Shown piece after piece: positions 1-8,432 of a DNA stretch of 32,000 nt. The notes beneath the pieces were generated by a model. It did not search any database and was not told the DNA's origin. It saw nothing but the letters and a program-made list of their open reading frames with translations. Location of the stretch: NCBI RefSeq assembly GCF_001465295.1, contig NZ_CP011035.1:660001-692000 (forward strand), written 5' to 3'. The position numbers were made by a program, and so were the translations under genes. Numbering within the stretch: the stretch's first letter is position 1; each line of letters opens with the position of its first letter. The stretch comes from Pseudoalteromonas translucida KMM 520 (lineage in GTDB: Bacteria > Pseudomonadota > Gammaproteobacteria > Enterobacterales > Alteromonadaceae).

Positions 1-2603
1 GCTAAAAGACCAAGTGGTAGTGTTGATGCAAGCATTTCATTTGACTCTTTTGATTGCCCATACTCACCATCCCACTCCAGTGTATAACCGGCAGGTAAAT
101 CAATCGCTTCTATTTGTGGCCTTACTCGATTAAATAATTCAGATGCAAGCTGCCCAGGAAGTGGGTCGGCTTGTGCCTTAATTGTCCACATTCTATCTTC
201 GCGCTTTAAAATACCATCACGCCATACGGTTTTAAATCCATTAGTAACTTGCTCTAATGGGATTGTTTTGCCTGTAATTTGGCTAGGAATTTGAATGTTG
301 CCTATATCATTAACATTTGAGCGCTCTTTAAGGGGAGCTCTAACAATAATAGGAATTAATTCTTCGCCTTCTCTATATTGACCAACCATTTTACCAGAAA
401 AGTTTTGTTGTAACGCTTCAGCAATTGCTTTGCGTGTTACACCTGCACGCTGGGCATTAATTGGCGAGTATTGCGGTTCAATAACCCTTACTTGTTGGCG
501 CCAAGTATCTTTAATTGAGAGGGCACCGCCGTCCTCAATCATGATTGCTTTCGCTTTATCGGATAACTCACGAATAACGGCGGGTTCTGGCCCTTTAAAT
601 GTAGCCTCAATTTTAGAACCACCTCCGGGTCCCATTACAAAACGCCATACTTTGCCTTGCGCTTCTGGGAAGGTGTCATCTATATACGCTTGTACTTTAG
701 GGATCATAGTATCAAGCACTCTATAATCATCTACTTTAGCTAATATTTGGCCGTAAGAACTGTTTGGCGATTCTGCCCCATAAATAAGCATAAATCGTAA
801 ACCGCCACCACCAATTAAAGTTTGTACGCCCTCAATACTCTCTTGTTGTTGAATAAAGGATTCAAGCTTGATCATATCTTTTTTGGTTTTTTCGATATCG
901 GTTCCTTGCGGTAACCAAAAATCTACTACCATTTGTGGTGTTGTAGAGGCTGGGAAAAAACCAGACTTTACAAACTGAAATCCCCACATTGATGCACTAA
1001 AAGTAAATATCACTACAGCAACGGTTAGCCAGCGATGATTAAGCGAGCTAACAACAATTGATTGGTATGCCGCCATAATCATATTAGGCTTAGCCGTTGT
1101 AGATGTGTCTTTATCTTGTTCTTTAAACAAGCAAAAACAAAATAGTGGCGTAAGGGTGATTGCAAATAACCAACTATAAAGTAAAGAAATTAAAATAACC
1201 CAAAATAAATGCCCAGTAAATTCGGCAGTATCACCCGGCGCTAAACCTATAGGTGCAAAGGCCACAATACCTACCAAAGTGCCGCCTAATAAGGGCCACT
1301 TTGTTTGCTTTACAACTTCAGATGCAATTTCTAGCTTTTTGCGTCCTTGTTTGGTACCAACCAGTATTCCTTCGGTGACAACAATGGCATTATCAACCAT
1401 CATCCCTAAAGCAATAATTAACGCCCCAAGTGAAATTCGGTGCATGGGTATGCCGCTAAAGTCCATGGTTGCTAGGGTGGCAAAAATAGTCAGTAGTAAT
1501 ACTGCACCTATAACAAGCCCAGAGCGCAGCCCCATAAACACAAGTAAAGTAACAACAACAATAATTAGTGCCACAATTACATTTACTACAAAATTATCTA
1601 CTGATGCCTGAACAACTTTACCTTGATGATAATATTCATGCACTGTAATACCAATAGGTCTCACGTTTTCTGCTTGTTTAACGCGCTCATCTACGCGCTC
1701 AAACACTTTAACAACGTTAGTACCAAGCACACTGGCAACGCCTAAAGAAATTGCCGGTTGCCCGTTGTAACGTACAAGTTTAGTTGCTGGGCTTTGAAAA
1801 CCACGATATACATTAGCAATATCTTTTAAATATATAGCTTTACCGTCATTGGTGGCGCTCACTAATAGATTTTGTATTGTTTCAATAGAATTAATAGAGC
1901 CGGTTGGATCTATAAAAATACGTTGATCACCAATTTGCGTATTACCGGCACTTATTACTGTATTTTGCTTATCTAAAATTGAATAAATATTACTGATTGA
2001 GCTACCTAAAGTGGCCAAATCTTCACGGGCTATTTCAACAAAAATACCTTCTTGTTGAACACCGGTCATGGCTACTTTAGCAACGCCTTTAACTTGTAAA
2101 ATATCACTTTGCAGGTTTTTAGCGTAAGCATGCAGCTCATCAGGGGAGTAACCCTCGGCTGTAATTAAATAGCTTAAACCATATACATCGCCAAAATCAT
2201 CATAGATTTGCGGTGTACCTGTACCAGGTGGGAGGGAAGGGCGAGCATCATTAATTTTATTTCTTAGTTTGGTCCATATAATCTGTAGCTCAGACTTTGT
2301 CGGCGAAAACTCCGATTTAATCTCAACTTTGATCTCAGACATACCCGATGAAGAGGTAGACGATATGGTATCAATTTCCTGCAGCTCTTGAATTGCACGC
2401 TCTAAAGGCTCGGTTACTTCTCGAGCTACCTCTAAAGGGCTTGCACCAGAATAAGGAACAAATACTTGTGCGGTACGAATTATAAATTCAGGGTCTTCAA
2501 ATCGTGCCATGTTTTTATATGAAGAAAAGCCAAAGCCTAACGTCAGTATTATAATTATGGTACTAATTAGTTTGTTATTAATAGTCCACTTTGCTAAATC
2601 CAT
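1..2603 (-). CDS. RND (AcrB/HAE1-type) efflux transporter permease subunit; C-terminus cut off by the window edge
   Basis: Absent from the ORF track because it runs off the window. I hand-translated both ends. The ATG is at 2603-2601 and gives MDLAKWTINNKLISTIIIILTLGFGFSSYKNMARFEDPEFIIRTAQVFVPYSGASPLEVAREVTEPLERAIQEL... The frame is still open at base 1 (...GQSKESNEMLASTLPLGLL). TM1 followed by a large periplasmic loop is typical of RND permeases. A GGAG lies just upstream, and the gene starts 11 nt after the adaptor gene stop. Confidence 0.88.
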   Translation of the reverse strand, partial: MDLAKWTINNKLISTIIIILTLGFGFSSYKNMARFEDPEFIIRTAQVFVPYSGASPLEVAREVTEPLERAIQELQEIDTISSTSSSGMSEIKVEIKSEFSPTKSELQIIWTKLRNKINDARPSLPPGTGTPQIYDDFGDVYGLSYLITAEGYSPDELHAYAKNLQSDILQVKGVAKVAMTGVQQEGIFVEIAREDLATLGSSISNIYSILDKQNTVISAGNTQIGDQRIFIDPTGSINSIETIQNLLVSATNDGKAIYLKDIANVYRGFQSPATKLVRYNGQPAISLGVASVLGTNVVKVFERVDERVKQAENVRPIGITVHEYYHQGKVVQASVDNFVVNVIVALIIVVVTLLVFMGLRSGLVIGAVLLLTIFATLATMDFSGIPMHRISLGALIIALGMMVDNAIVVTEGILVGTKQGRKKLEIASEVVKQTKWPLLGGTLVGIVAFAPIGLAPGDTAEFTGHLFWVILISLLYSWLFAITLTPLFCFCLFKEQDKDTSTTAKPNMIMAAYQSIVVSSLNHRWLTVAVVIFTFSASMWGFQFVKSGFFPASTTPQMVVDFWLPQGTDIEKTKKDMIKLESFIQQQESIEGVQTLIGGGGLRFMLIYGAESPNSSYGQILAKVDDYRVLDTMIPKVQAYIDDTFPEAQGKVWRFVMGPGGGSKIEATFKGPEPAVIRELSDKAKAIMIEDGGALSIKDTWRQQVRVIEPQYSPINAQRAGVTRKAIAEALQQNFSGKMVGQYREGEELIPIIVRAPLKERSNVNDIGNIQIPSQITGKTIPLEQVTNGFKTVWRDGILKREDRMWTIKAQADPLPGQLASELFNRVRPQIEAIDLPAGYTLEWDGEYGQSKESNEMLASTLPLGLL

Positions 2604-2614
2604 TACTCAAGCTC

Positions 2615-3682
2615 CTATGACTTAGTCCAAGCGCGTACTTTCATACCATCGGTTACATAATTTGCACCAGCACCAACAATTACATCGCCGGCTTTTATAC
2701 CACTGGTAACAACAAGTTCTTCACCAATACCGTTTACTAAGGTGACAACCGTTTTACTCACGATCATAGATTCACTTACTGTCCATACATAGTGCTGGCC
2801 ATTTTCTTCAAAAATAGCAAATGTAGGCAGAGTAATTTCATTTTTAGTCGATTTATTATCAAACTCGATACGTAAACTGGCATTCATGCCTGGTAAAATA
2901 TTTAGATTTTGCGGTACAGCAAATGAAAACCTAACCTCATAAGTTTGGCTAGACGTATCAGCTTCTAAATTAGCGCGACGAAATGTAGCAGGAATAGGAG
3001 TATTAGCAGCTGATTCTAAAAGTACAAAGGCACGGCTGCCCGTGCGCGAGTCAACGGTGGCAACAATAGAAGATGGAATATTAACAACCACTTCCATTTC
3101 GCCTTTACCAAATAAAGTAACTATATGTTGGCCCGCATTTACATTCTCCAGCGCTTCTACGGGTACAGCGGCTACAATTGCATCATAAGGGGCAACTAAA
3201 GTGCTGTCTGTTAGTGCTTTTTTTGCTGAGTCATAGCGAGATTGAGCCACCTCTTTTTTCGATTTTAGCTGCTCTATATCTCTAGCCGAAATTACGCCAT
3301 CTTTAGAGAGTTTAATTCCGCGATTAAAGTCATTATTAGCTGTTTCATACTGTATTTTTGTAGAGTTTACTTCGTTAACAAAGTTACGTTTTTCTAACGA
3401 TGCCAGTTCGTCACCTTTTAATACGGATTGCGCTGCAATGACATTGAGTTTTTCTATTTTACCGCCAACCTGAAACGCCAGCTTTGAGCTTTTTATCGCA
3501 TCGACAGTGGCAGGGTAAGTGAGAATGTTTGATTGCGCAGTATCTTTAATGGTAATTAATTTAACTGGCTTTGGAGCCTTTTCAATTTTTGTATCTACTT
3601 CAGGCTCAGAGCAGCCCGACAGTAGTACTGCTAATGCAATGCTTAGCGTATATCGATTTTTTACTACGTGTTTCATATTCAT
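2615..3682 (-). CDS. RND efflux periplasmic adaptor (membrane fusion protein, HlyD/AcrA family), lipoprotein
   Basis: 355-aa ORF with a lipobox (LLSGC) after a signal peptide. It has the coiled-coil/beta-barrel adaptor layout and lies directly upstream of the RND permease. The start could be the second ATG at 3676. Confidence 0.88.
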   Translation of the reverse strand: MNMKHVVKNRYTLSIALAVLLSGCSEPEVDTKIEKAPKPVKLITIKDTAQSNILTYPATVDAIKSSKLAFQVGGKIEKLNVIAAQSVLKGDELASLEKRNFVNEVNSTKIQYETANNDFNRGIKLSKDGVISARDIEQLKSKKEVAQSRYDSAKKALTDSTLVAPYDAIVAAVPVEALENVNAGQHIVTLFGKGEMEVVVNIPSSIVATVDSRTGSRAFVLLESAANTPIPATFRRANLEADTSSQTYEVRFSFAVPQNLNILPGMNASLRIEFDNKSTKNEITLPTFAIFEENGQHYVWTVSESMIVSKTVVTLVNGIGEELVVTSGIKAGDVIVGAGANYVTDGMKVRAWTKS

Positions 3683-4338
3683 ATTTTATGCCTTTTATAA
3701 AAATCAGGTACGCTTAAATTATATAAATCGGTAAACTTACAACAAATTGTGTAACTATTGGCGAGCTTGCTAACCTTATTGTTTATAAGGGTATCACCAT
3801 TACTTTTATTACCTTCCCAACGAGTTTGAATAATTGTACCAAATCGATTGAGTGTAGTTATGCTGTTATTAGAAGTAAACGCTATAAAGCCTAATACTGC
3901 AATTATAATTGTTATTACAATGTTAAATTAATATTTGCTTTATAAGGAGTGTACTTTAGCGCATATTTTAAGAATAACATTGTAAATTCAATACGTTAAT
4001 ATATCTGTATGTTAGTGTTTTATTTTGTATGATTATGTAATTCAAACGTACACTCAGTTGATAAAACAATATCAATAAGATACAGCGTTAATATTGCAAG
4101 CGAGATAAAACCAATTTTTATGATGTTGTTACTTTAACGGATTAGCAGGCAAAGATTAAAAAGTTTGGTCAAGACTCGCAAGTCTGTGATCGTAAATTTA
4201 ACTATATGAGTATAAAAATAATTAGTGATGTTCACGAAATTAAATTTGCCTTAGTCAGGTCTGTTAAGTGCTAGTAATCCGTTTTTAAAATTACAGATAA
4301 ATGTAATTATCCTTCAATATAAAGATGTTATTAAAAAT

Positions 4339-5358
4339 ATGAAAAAACCCAATATATTTCGTAAGCTTGCTCTGCTTATCATTATTTCACTATTTGCTAC
4401 TACTATACTGTATTTTGGCGGCGTATTTAGTAGTGGGGTTACAGCCCAACGCTTTGTAAACTTACAGCAAGGGGGAAATCCTCACCCTACTTTTCGTCGC
4501 GCCCATGCCAAGGGCATTTGTATAGCGGGGTCATTTGAATCAAACGGCGCTTTAGCTAGTTATTCACAAGCACAAATTTTTAACTTGGGTTCCACACCAC
4601 TTTTAGGGCGTTTTTCAGTTGCAGGAAACAACCCTACCGCGCCTGACTTAAAAGCACCCGTGCGTAGTTTAGCATTTACATTAACTGCAAATGCTAATCA
4701 AGAATGGCGTGTGGCAATGAACACACCACCAGTAATGGCAGTGGCTACACCAACTGCTTTTTTTGAGCAATTACAAGCGCTATCACCCGACCCAGTAACA
4801 AAAAAACGTAGCCCCGAAAAAATAAAAGCATTCTTTGACGCTCACCCAGAAAGCGCAGCGTTTAATAAATGGAAAGCCAGTTATGTGCCAACCCATAGTT
4901 TTGCTACTGAAACCTACAACAGTATCAATGCTTTTTACCTTGTAGATGAGCAAGGTAAAAAACGGGCAGTACGTTGGATTGCTAAGCCGCAAAGTACTGC
5001 TAAAAGCAGTGCACAAATTGATTTAGATTCTAATGATGCACTACAGCAGCAATTAAGTGATGAATTAGCAATTGGACCGATTAAGTTTGATCTTATTTTT
5101 ACCTTTGCAGATGCTAGTGATGATGAAAATAATCCTACTATTTTGTGGCCAGAGTCACGTAAATCAATTAACGCAGGTACAGTTGCTATTACACGTTTTC
5201 AAGCACAAGAGGGTGGCCAATGTGCGAATATGAACTTTGATCCACTTGTTTTACCTATAGGCATTGAGCCAACTGCAGATCCTATTTTACGTGCCAGAGC
5301 ATCTAGTTACGCTGAGTCATTTCGTCGTCGTGCTAAAGAAGTACTTTTAAATAATTAA
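4339..5358 (+). CDS. Catalase-related haem protein (small 'catalase family peroxidase'), membrane-anchored or exported
   Basis: 339 aa with an N-terminal hydrophobic helix. Catalase-core motifs are readable: distal His in FRRAHAKGICIAGSFES, RFSVAGNNP, Asn in VAMNTPPV, and proximal Tyr in RARASSYAESFRRR. It is much shorter than a true catalase. Confidence 0.78.
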   Translation: MKKPNIFRKLALLIIISLFATTILYFGGVFSSGVTAQRFVNLQQGGNPHPTFRRAHAKGICIAGSFESNGALASYSQAQIFNLGSTPLLGRFSVAGNNPTAPDLKAPVRSLAFTLTANANQEWRVAMNTPPVMAVATPTAFFEQLQALSPDPVTKKRSPEKIKAFFDAHPESAAFNKWKASYVPTHSFATETYNSINAFYLVDEQGKKRAVRWIAKPQSTAKSSAQIDLDSNDALQQQLSDELAIGPIKFDLIFTFADASDDENNPTILWPESRKSINAGTVAITRFQAQEGGQCANMNFDPLVLPIGIEPTADPILRARASSYAESFRRRAKEVLLNN

Positions 5359-5374
5359 TAATAGGGAATGTAGT

Positions 5375-5914
5375 ATGAAAACAGTAACTAAGTACTCACC
5401 AGCCAGTATGCTTATTCATTGGACAATGGCAGTATTAATTATTTCGATGTTGTTTTTAGGTTTATCTATGGTGCAAAGTTTAGCTGTTTGGCAAATAGAG
5501 GCAGTGTTATTACATAAGTCGTTTGGGGTTTTAGCATTGTTTTTAGTATGTATTCGATTAATAAACAAAGCGCTTACTACTAGCCCTAAACTCCCCAGTA
5601 GCGTTGCAAAACCACAAGCACTTGCGGCGCACCTCACGCAATTAGGGTTATACACAACGATGATTCTAATGCCAATATCGGGCTGGTTAATGCAAAATGC
5701 AGATGGCAGAAATATCAGTTTTTTTGGCTTGTTCAGCCTGCCAAACTTACTTGAGAAGAATATAAGTTATTATGGCTTTTTGCGTGAATCGCATGCAATT
5801 ATAGCGGTTTTATTCCTGCTATTGATTTTTATGCATGTGAGCGCAGCGCTATACCATGGTTTGCTTAAGCAGGATGGGGTTTTATCATCTATGCTACCGG
5901 GTAAAAATAAATAA
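5375..5914 (+). CDS. Cytochrome b561 family protein (CybB-like, 4 TM helices, di-haem)
   Basis: 179 aa with four hydrophobic helices. Conserved His residues sit in helices 1, 2 and 4 (IHWT, LHKSFG, ESHA, MHVSAALYH). It begins 16 nt after the catalase-like gene. Confidence 0.82.
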   Translation: MKTVTKYSPASMLIHWTMAVLIISMLFLGLSMVQSLAVWQIEAVLLHKSFGVLALFLVCIRLINKALTTSPKLPSSVAKPQALAAHLTQLGLYTTMILMPISGWLMQNADGRNISFFGLFSLPNLLEKNISYYGFLRESHAIIAVLFLLLIFMHVSAALYHGLLKQDGVLSSMLPGKNK

Positions 5915-5954
5915 CTTATTATTAACTTAGCACTGCAGTATTAAATACAATTGT

Positions 5955-5989
5955 AAAAAGCACATAAAATAACGTTTATGTGCTTTTTT
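5955..5989. terminator. Bidirectional rho-independent terminator between the b561 gene and hisA
   Basis: 9-bp stem (GCACATAAA 5960-5968 pairing with TTTATGTGC 5975-5983) and a 6-nt loop. It is flanked by A5 on the left and T6 on the right. Confidence 0.75.
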
Positions 5990-6006
5990 CGTCTCGCTAT
6001 ACTTAT

Positions 6007-6750
6007 TTAATCATTATCAGAGTTGGTATAAGATGCTAACGCTTGCTCGACACTAAATGCGCCATCGAGCAGTGATTTACCTAAAATAATACCGCCAATC
6101 CCCAGCTCTTTGAGCTTTTTAATGTCATCAAGAGAACTTACGCCACCAGATGCTTGTACTTTAATAGTTGGGTTATGCTTAATTAAATCCTCGTACAGCG
6201 CGAACGATGGGCCGGTCATGGTGCCATCCTTACTGATGTCCGTACATAAAAAATCAATAACACCTAAGTTAGCATAAAAATCTACTAGCTCAAGTAAACC
6301 AAACTCAGATTCAGTTAGCCAACCATGGGTTGCCGGTGCCCAGCCATAGGCTGTTTTATTTACATCAAGGGCAATAACAAAGTGCTCTGCGCCAAACTGC
6401 TCAATCCAGGCTTTAACTTGTTCGCGTTTTTCAACCGCCATTGAGCCAATAACCACTTGGCTTGCGCCGGCTTTTAGCCAATCACTTACATCTTGCTCAC
6501 AGCGAATGCCACCGCCAACTTGATACGGCACATTAAGTGCTTTTGTAGCCGCTTGAATGTGTTGCCACTGTTTTTTACTTGGATCGCGGGCACCTTCTAA
6601 ATCAACTAAGTGAAGTTTACCTGCGCCGCTGTCGGCGTATTCTTTTAAACGCGCGCCTAACTCGAATGGGTAAAACTGTACAGTTTCGTATTTGCCTTGG
6701 TATAAGCGCACAATTTGATTTTGTAATACGTCTAATGCTGGAATAATCAC
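6007..6750 (-). CDS. hisA: ProFAR isomerase HisA
   Basis: 247 aa. MIIPALD...LHLVDLEGA...QVGGGIR...CTDISKDGT...SGG is collinear with E. coli HisA as I recall it. Confidence 0.95.
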   Translation of the reverse strand: MIIPALDVLQNQIVRLYQGKYETVQFYPFELGARLKEYADSGAGKLHLVDLEGARDPSKKQWQHIQAATKALNVPYQVGGGIRCEQDVSDWLKAGASQVVIGSMAVEKREQVKAWIEQFGAEHFVIALDVNKTAYGWAPATHGWLTESEFGLLELVDFYANLGVIDFLCTDISKDGTMTGPSFALYEDLIKHNPTIKVQASGGVSSLDDIKKLKELGIGGIILGKSLLDGAFSVEQALASYTNSDND

Positions 6751-6783
6751 AGTGTGTCTCTTTATTAATAGATGATGGGCAGC

Positions 6784-7374
6784 CTATAGCTGCCAATCAA
6801 TAAAGTTTTGTAATAAACGCGCGCCTATTTTAGCGCTGCGCTCTGGGTGAAACTGCATGCCGGCATAGTTATCTTTAGCCACTATGGCCGAAAAACGTTG
6901 TCCGTACTCGCCACTTACTAATGTGGCGTTGTTTACCGTGTGCGCAAAGCTGTGTACAAAGTACACTTGCTCGTCGGGTGTTAGTCCTTTTGTTAAGGCA
7001 TGTTCTTTATTAATGGTTAAATTGTTCCAGCCCATATGCGGTGATGTAAGTTGGCCTACATCAAGTGCTGTTACATGCCCAGGTATTTTACCTAAGCACT
7101 GCACGTTACCTTCTTCGGTACTTTCGCACAGTAATTGCATACCTAAACAAATGCCCATAAGCGGGCGCTGGTATTCGTTTATAGCGTGTTGCCAACCGTT
7201 ATCTACTAAGCGTTTCATGGCAACCGAAGCATGACCAACACCGGGTAATATAGCGCGCTCAAAACCCGCTAATTGCTCTGGAGAGGTAATTACAGTTGGC
7301 GTTTGCCCTAAACGTTCAAAGGCAAAACGCACTGAGTTTATATTAGCGCATCCGGTATTTATTATCGCAATCAT
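6784..7374 (-). CDS. hisH: Imidazole glycerol phosphate synthase, glutaminase subunit HisH
   Basis: Motifs: NTGCANINSV, GICLGMQLL (catalytic Cys), VHSF and QFHPERS. I prefer the ATG at 7374, which forms an ATGA overlap with the hisB stop, over the GTG at 7380 given in the ORF track. Confidence 0.93.
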   Translation of the reverse strand: MIAIINTGCANINSVRFAFERLGQTPTVITSPEQLAGFERAILPGVGHASVAMKRLVDNGWQHAINEYQRPLMGICLGMQLLCESTEEGNVQCLGKIPGHVTALDVGQLTSPHMGWNNLTINKEHALTKGLTPDEQVYFVHSFAHTVNNATLVSGEYGQRFSAIVAKDNYAGMQFHPERSAKIGARLLQNFIDWQL

Positions 7375-8432
7375 AAACACCCTTTAGAGCTAGCAGTTTG
7401 CTGGCTAATATCTTGCGCTATTGCCATGCGCAGTGCGCGAGAAAAAGCTTTAAATAAGCCCTCTACTTGATGATGGCAGTTACCGTCGCTTACCGACAAA
7501 ATTAGGCTAATTGCGGCGTTATCGCTTAAACTTTTGAAAAAGTGCTCAACCATTTGAACATCTAAATCGCCTGCTTTTTCGCGGCTAAAGTTAGCGTTAA
7601 GTACAAACGAAGCACGACCCGATAAATCAATTTGAGCTTCGGCTTTACATTCATCCATTGGCAGGGCAAACCCATAGCGAGCAATTTGCGATTTAGTGCC
7701 TAAGGCTTGTTTAAGTGCAACACCTAAAGCAATACCTATGTCTTCAACAAGGTGGTGCTCGTCTATGTGTAGATCGCCTTTGGCTTTAATGTTTAAACCA
7801 ATGTTGGCGTGGGTGCGAATTTGATCAAGCATATGATCAAAAAAGCCAAGGCCGGTGTCTATACTGCCGTTTTTAGTTTGATCTAAGTTTATTGCTACAT
7901 CTATTTGGGTTTCTTTGGTATTACGTGTAACGCGGCCCTCGCGGTTCGCGGTAGTTAGTTTAGTAACTATTGCACTCCAATCACCATCGTATAAAATACC
8001 TTCGCAACATAAGTTTTGCGCCAGGCCTATATCAGTTTCACGATCGCCAATTACAAAAGAGCGCGCTAAATCTACTTTGCCAGAGCGCATTAACTCGGTA
8101 AGTAAACCTGTTTTAGGTTTACGGCAATCGCAGTTTTGCTCGTTAAAGTGTGGACAAATTAATACATCGTCAAAGCTAATGCCTTGGCTTTGTAGTATGT
8201 CCATCATTTTGTCTTGAGCTAGGTCAAAATCTTGTGTGGGGAAGCTATCGGTGCCTAAACCATCTTGGTTAGATACCATAACTAAGCGATAGCCTGCTGC
8301 TTGTAATTGTAATAATGCGGGCATTACACCGGGTAAAAACGCCAGCTTTTCAAGGCTATCTACCTGTTTATCGGTAATTGGCTCTTCTATTATGGTGCCG
8401 TCGCGGTCAATAAATAAATAGGGGTTACTCAT
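7371..8432 (-). CDS. hisB: Bifunctional histidinol-phosphatase / imidazoleglycerol-phosphate dehydratase HisB
   Basis: MSNPYLFIDRDGT (HAD phosphatase DxDG motif), CxHxxxxxCxCRKP zinc motif, and a C-terminal IGPD domain with IDEHH. The true start is the ATG at 8432, which overlaps the hisC stop as ATGA. The 20-codon extension in the ORF track is inside hisC. Confidence 0.95.
   Translation of the reverse strand: MSNPYLFIDRDGTIIEEPITDKQVDSLEKLAFLPGVMPALLQLQAAGYRLVMVSNQDGLGTDSFPTQDFDLAQDKMMDILQSQGISFDDVLICPHFNEQNCDCRKPKTGLLTELMRSGKVDLARSFVIGDRETDIGLAQNLCCEGILYDGDWSAIVTKLTTANREGRVTRNTKETQIDVAINLDQTKNGSIDTGLGFFDHMLDQIRTHANIGLNIKAKGDLHIDEHHLVEDIGIALGVALKQALGTKSQIARYGFALPMDECKAEAQIDLSGRASFVLNANFSREKAGDLDVQMVEHFFKSLSDNAAISLILSVSDGNCHHQVEGLFKAFSRALRMAIAQDISQQTASSKGCL

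Noticed and set aside
430-1611. Plus-strand ORFs 430-726 and 1279-1611 from the ORF track
   Set aside because: Both lie entirely inside the RND permease gene, antisense to it. The minus-strand frame is open throughout and has clear RND character. Their translations are low-complexity Ser/Thr/Ile/Pro-rich, so they are shadow ORFs.
3519-3734. 71-aa plus-strand ORF across the adaptor gene start
   Set aside because: It is antisense to the adaptor's signal-peptide region and has no RBS. Its composition simply mirrors the opposite-strand coding sequence.
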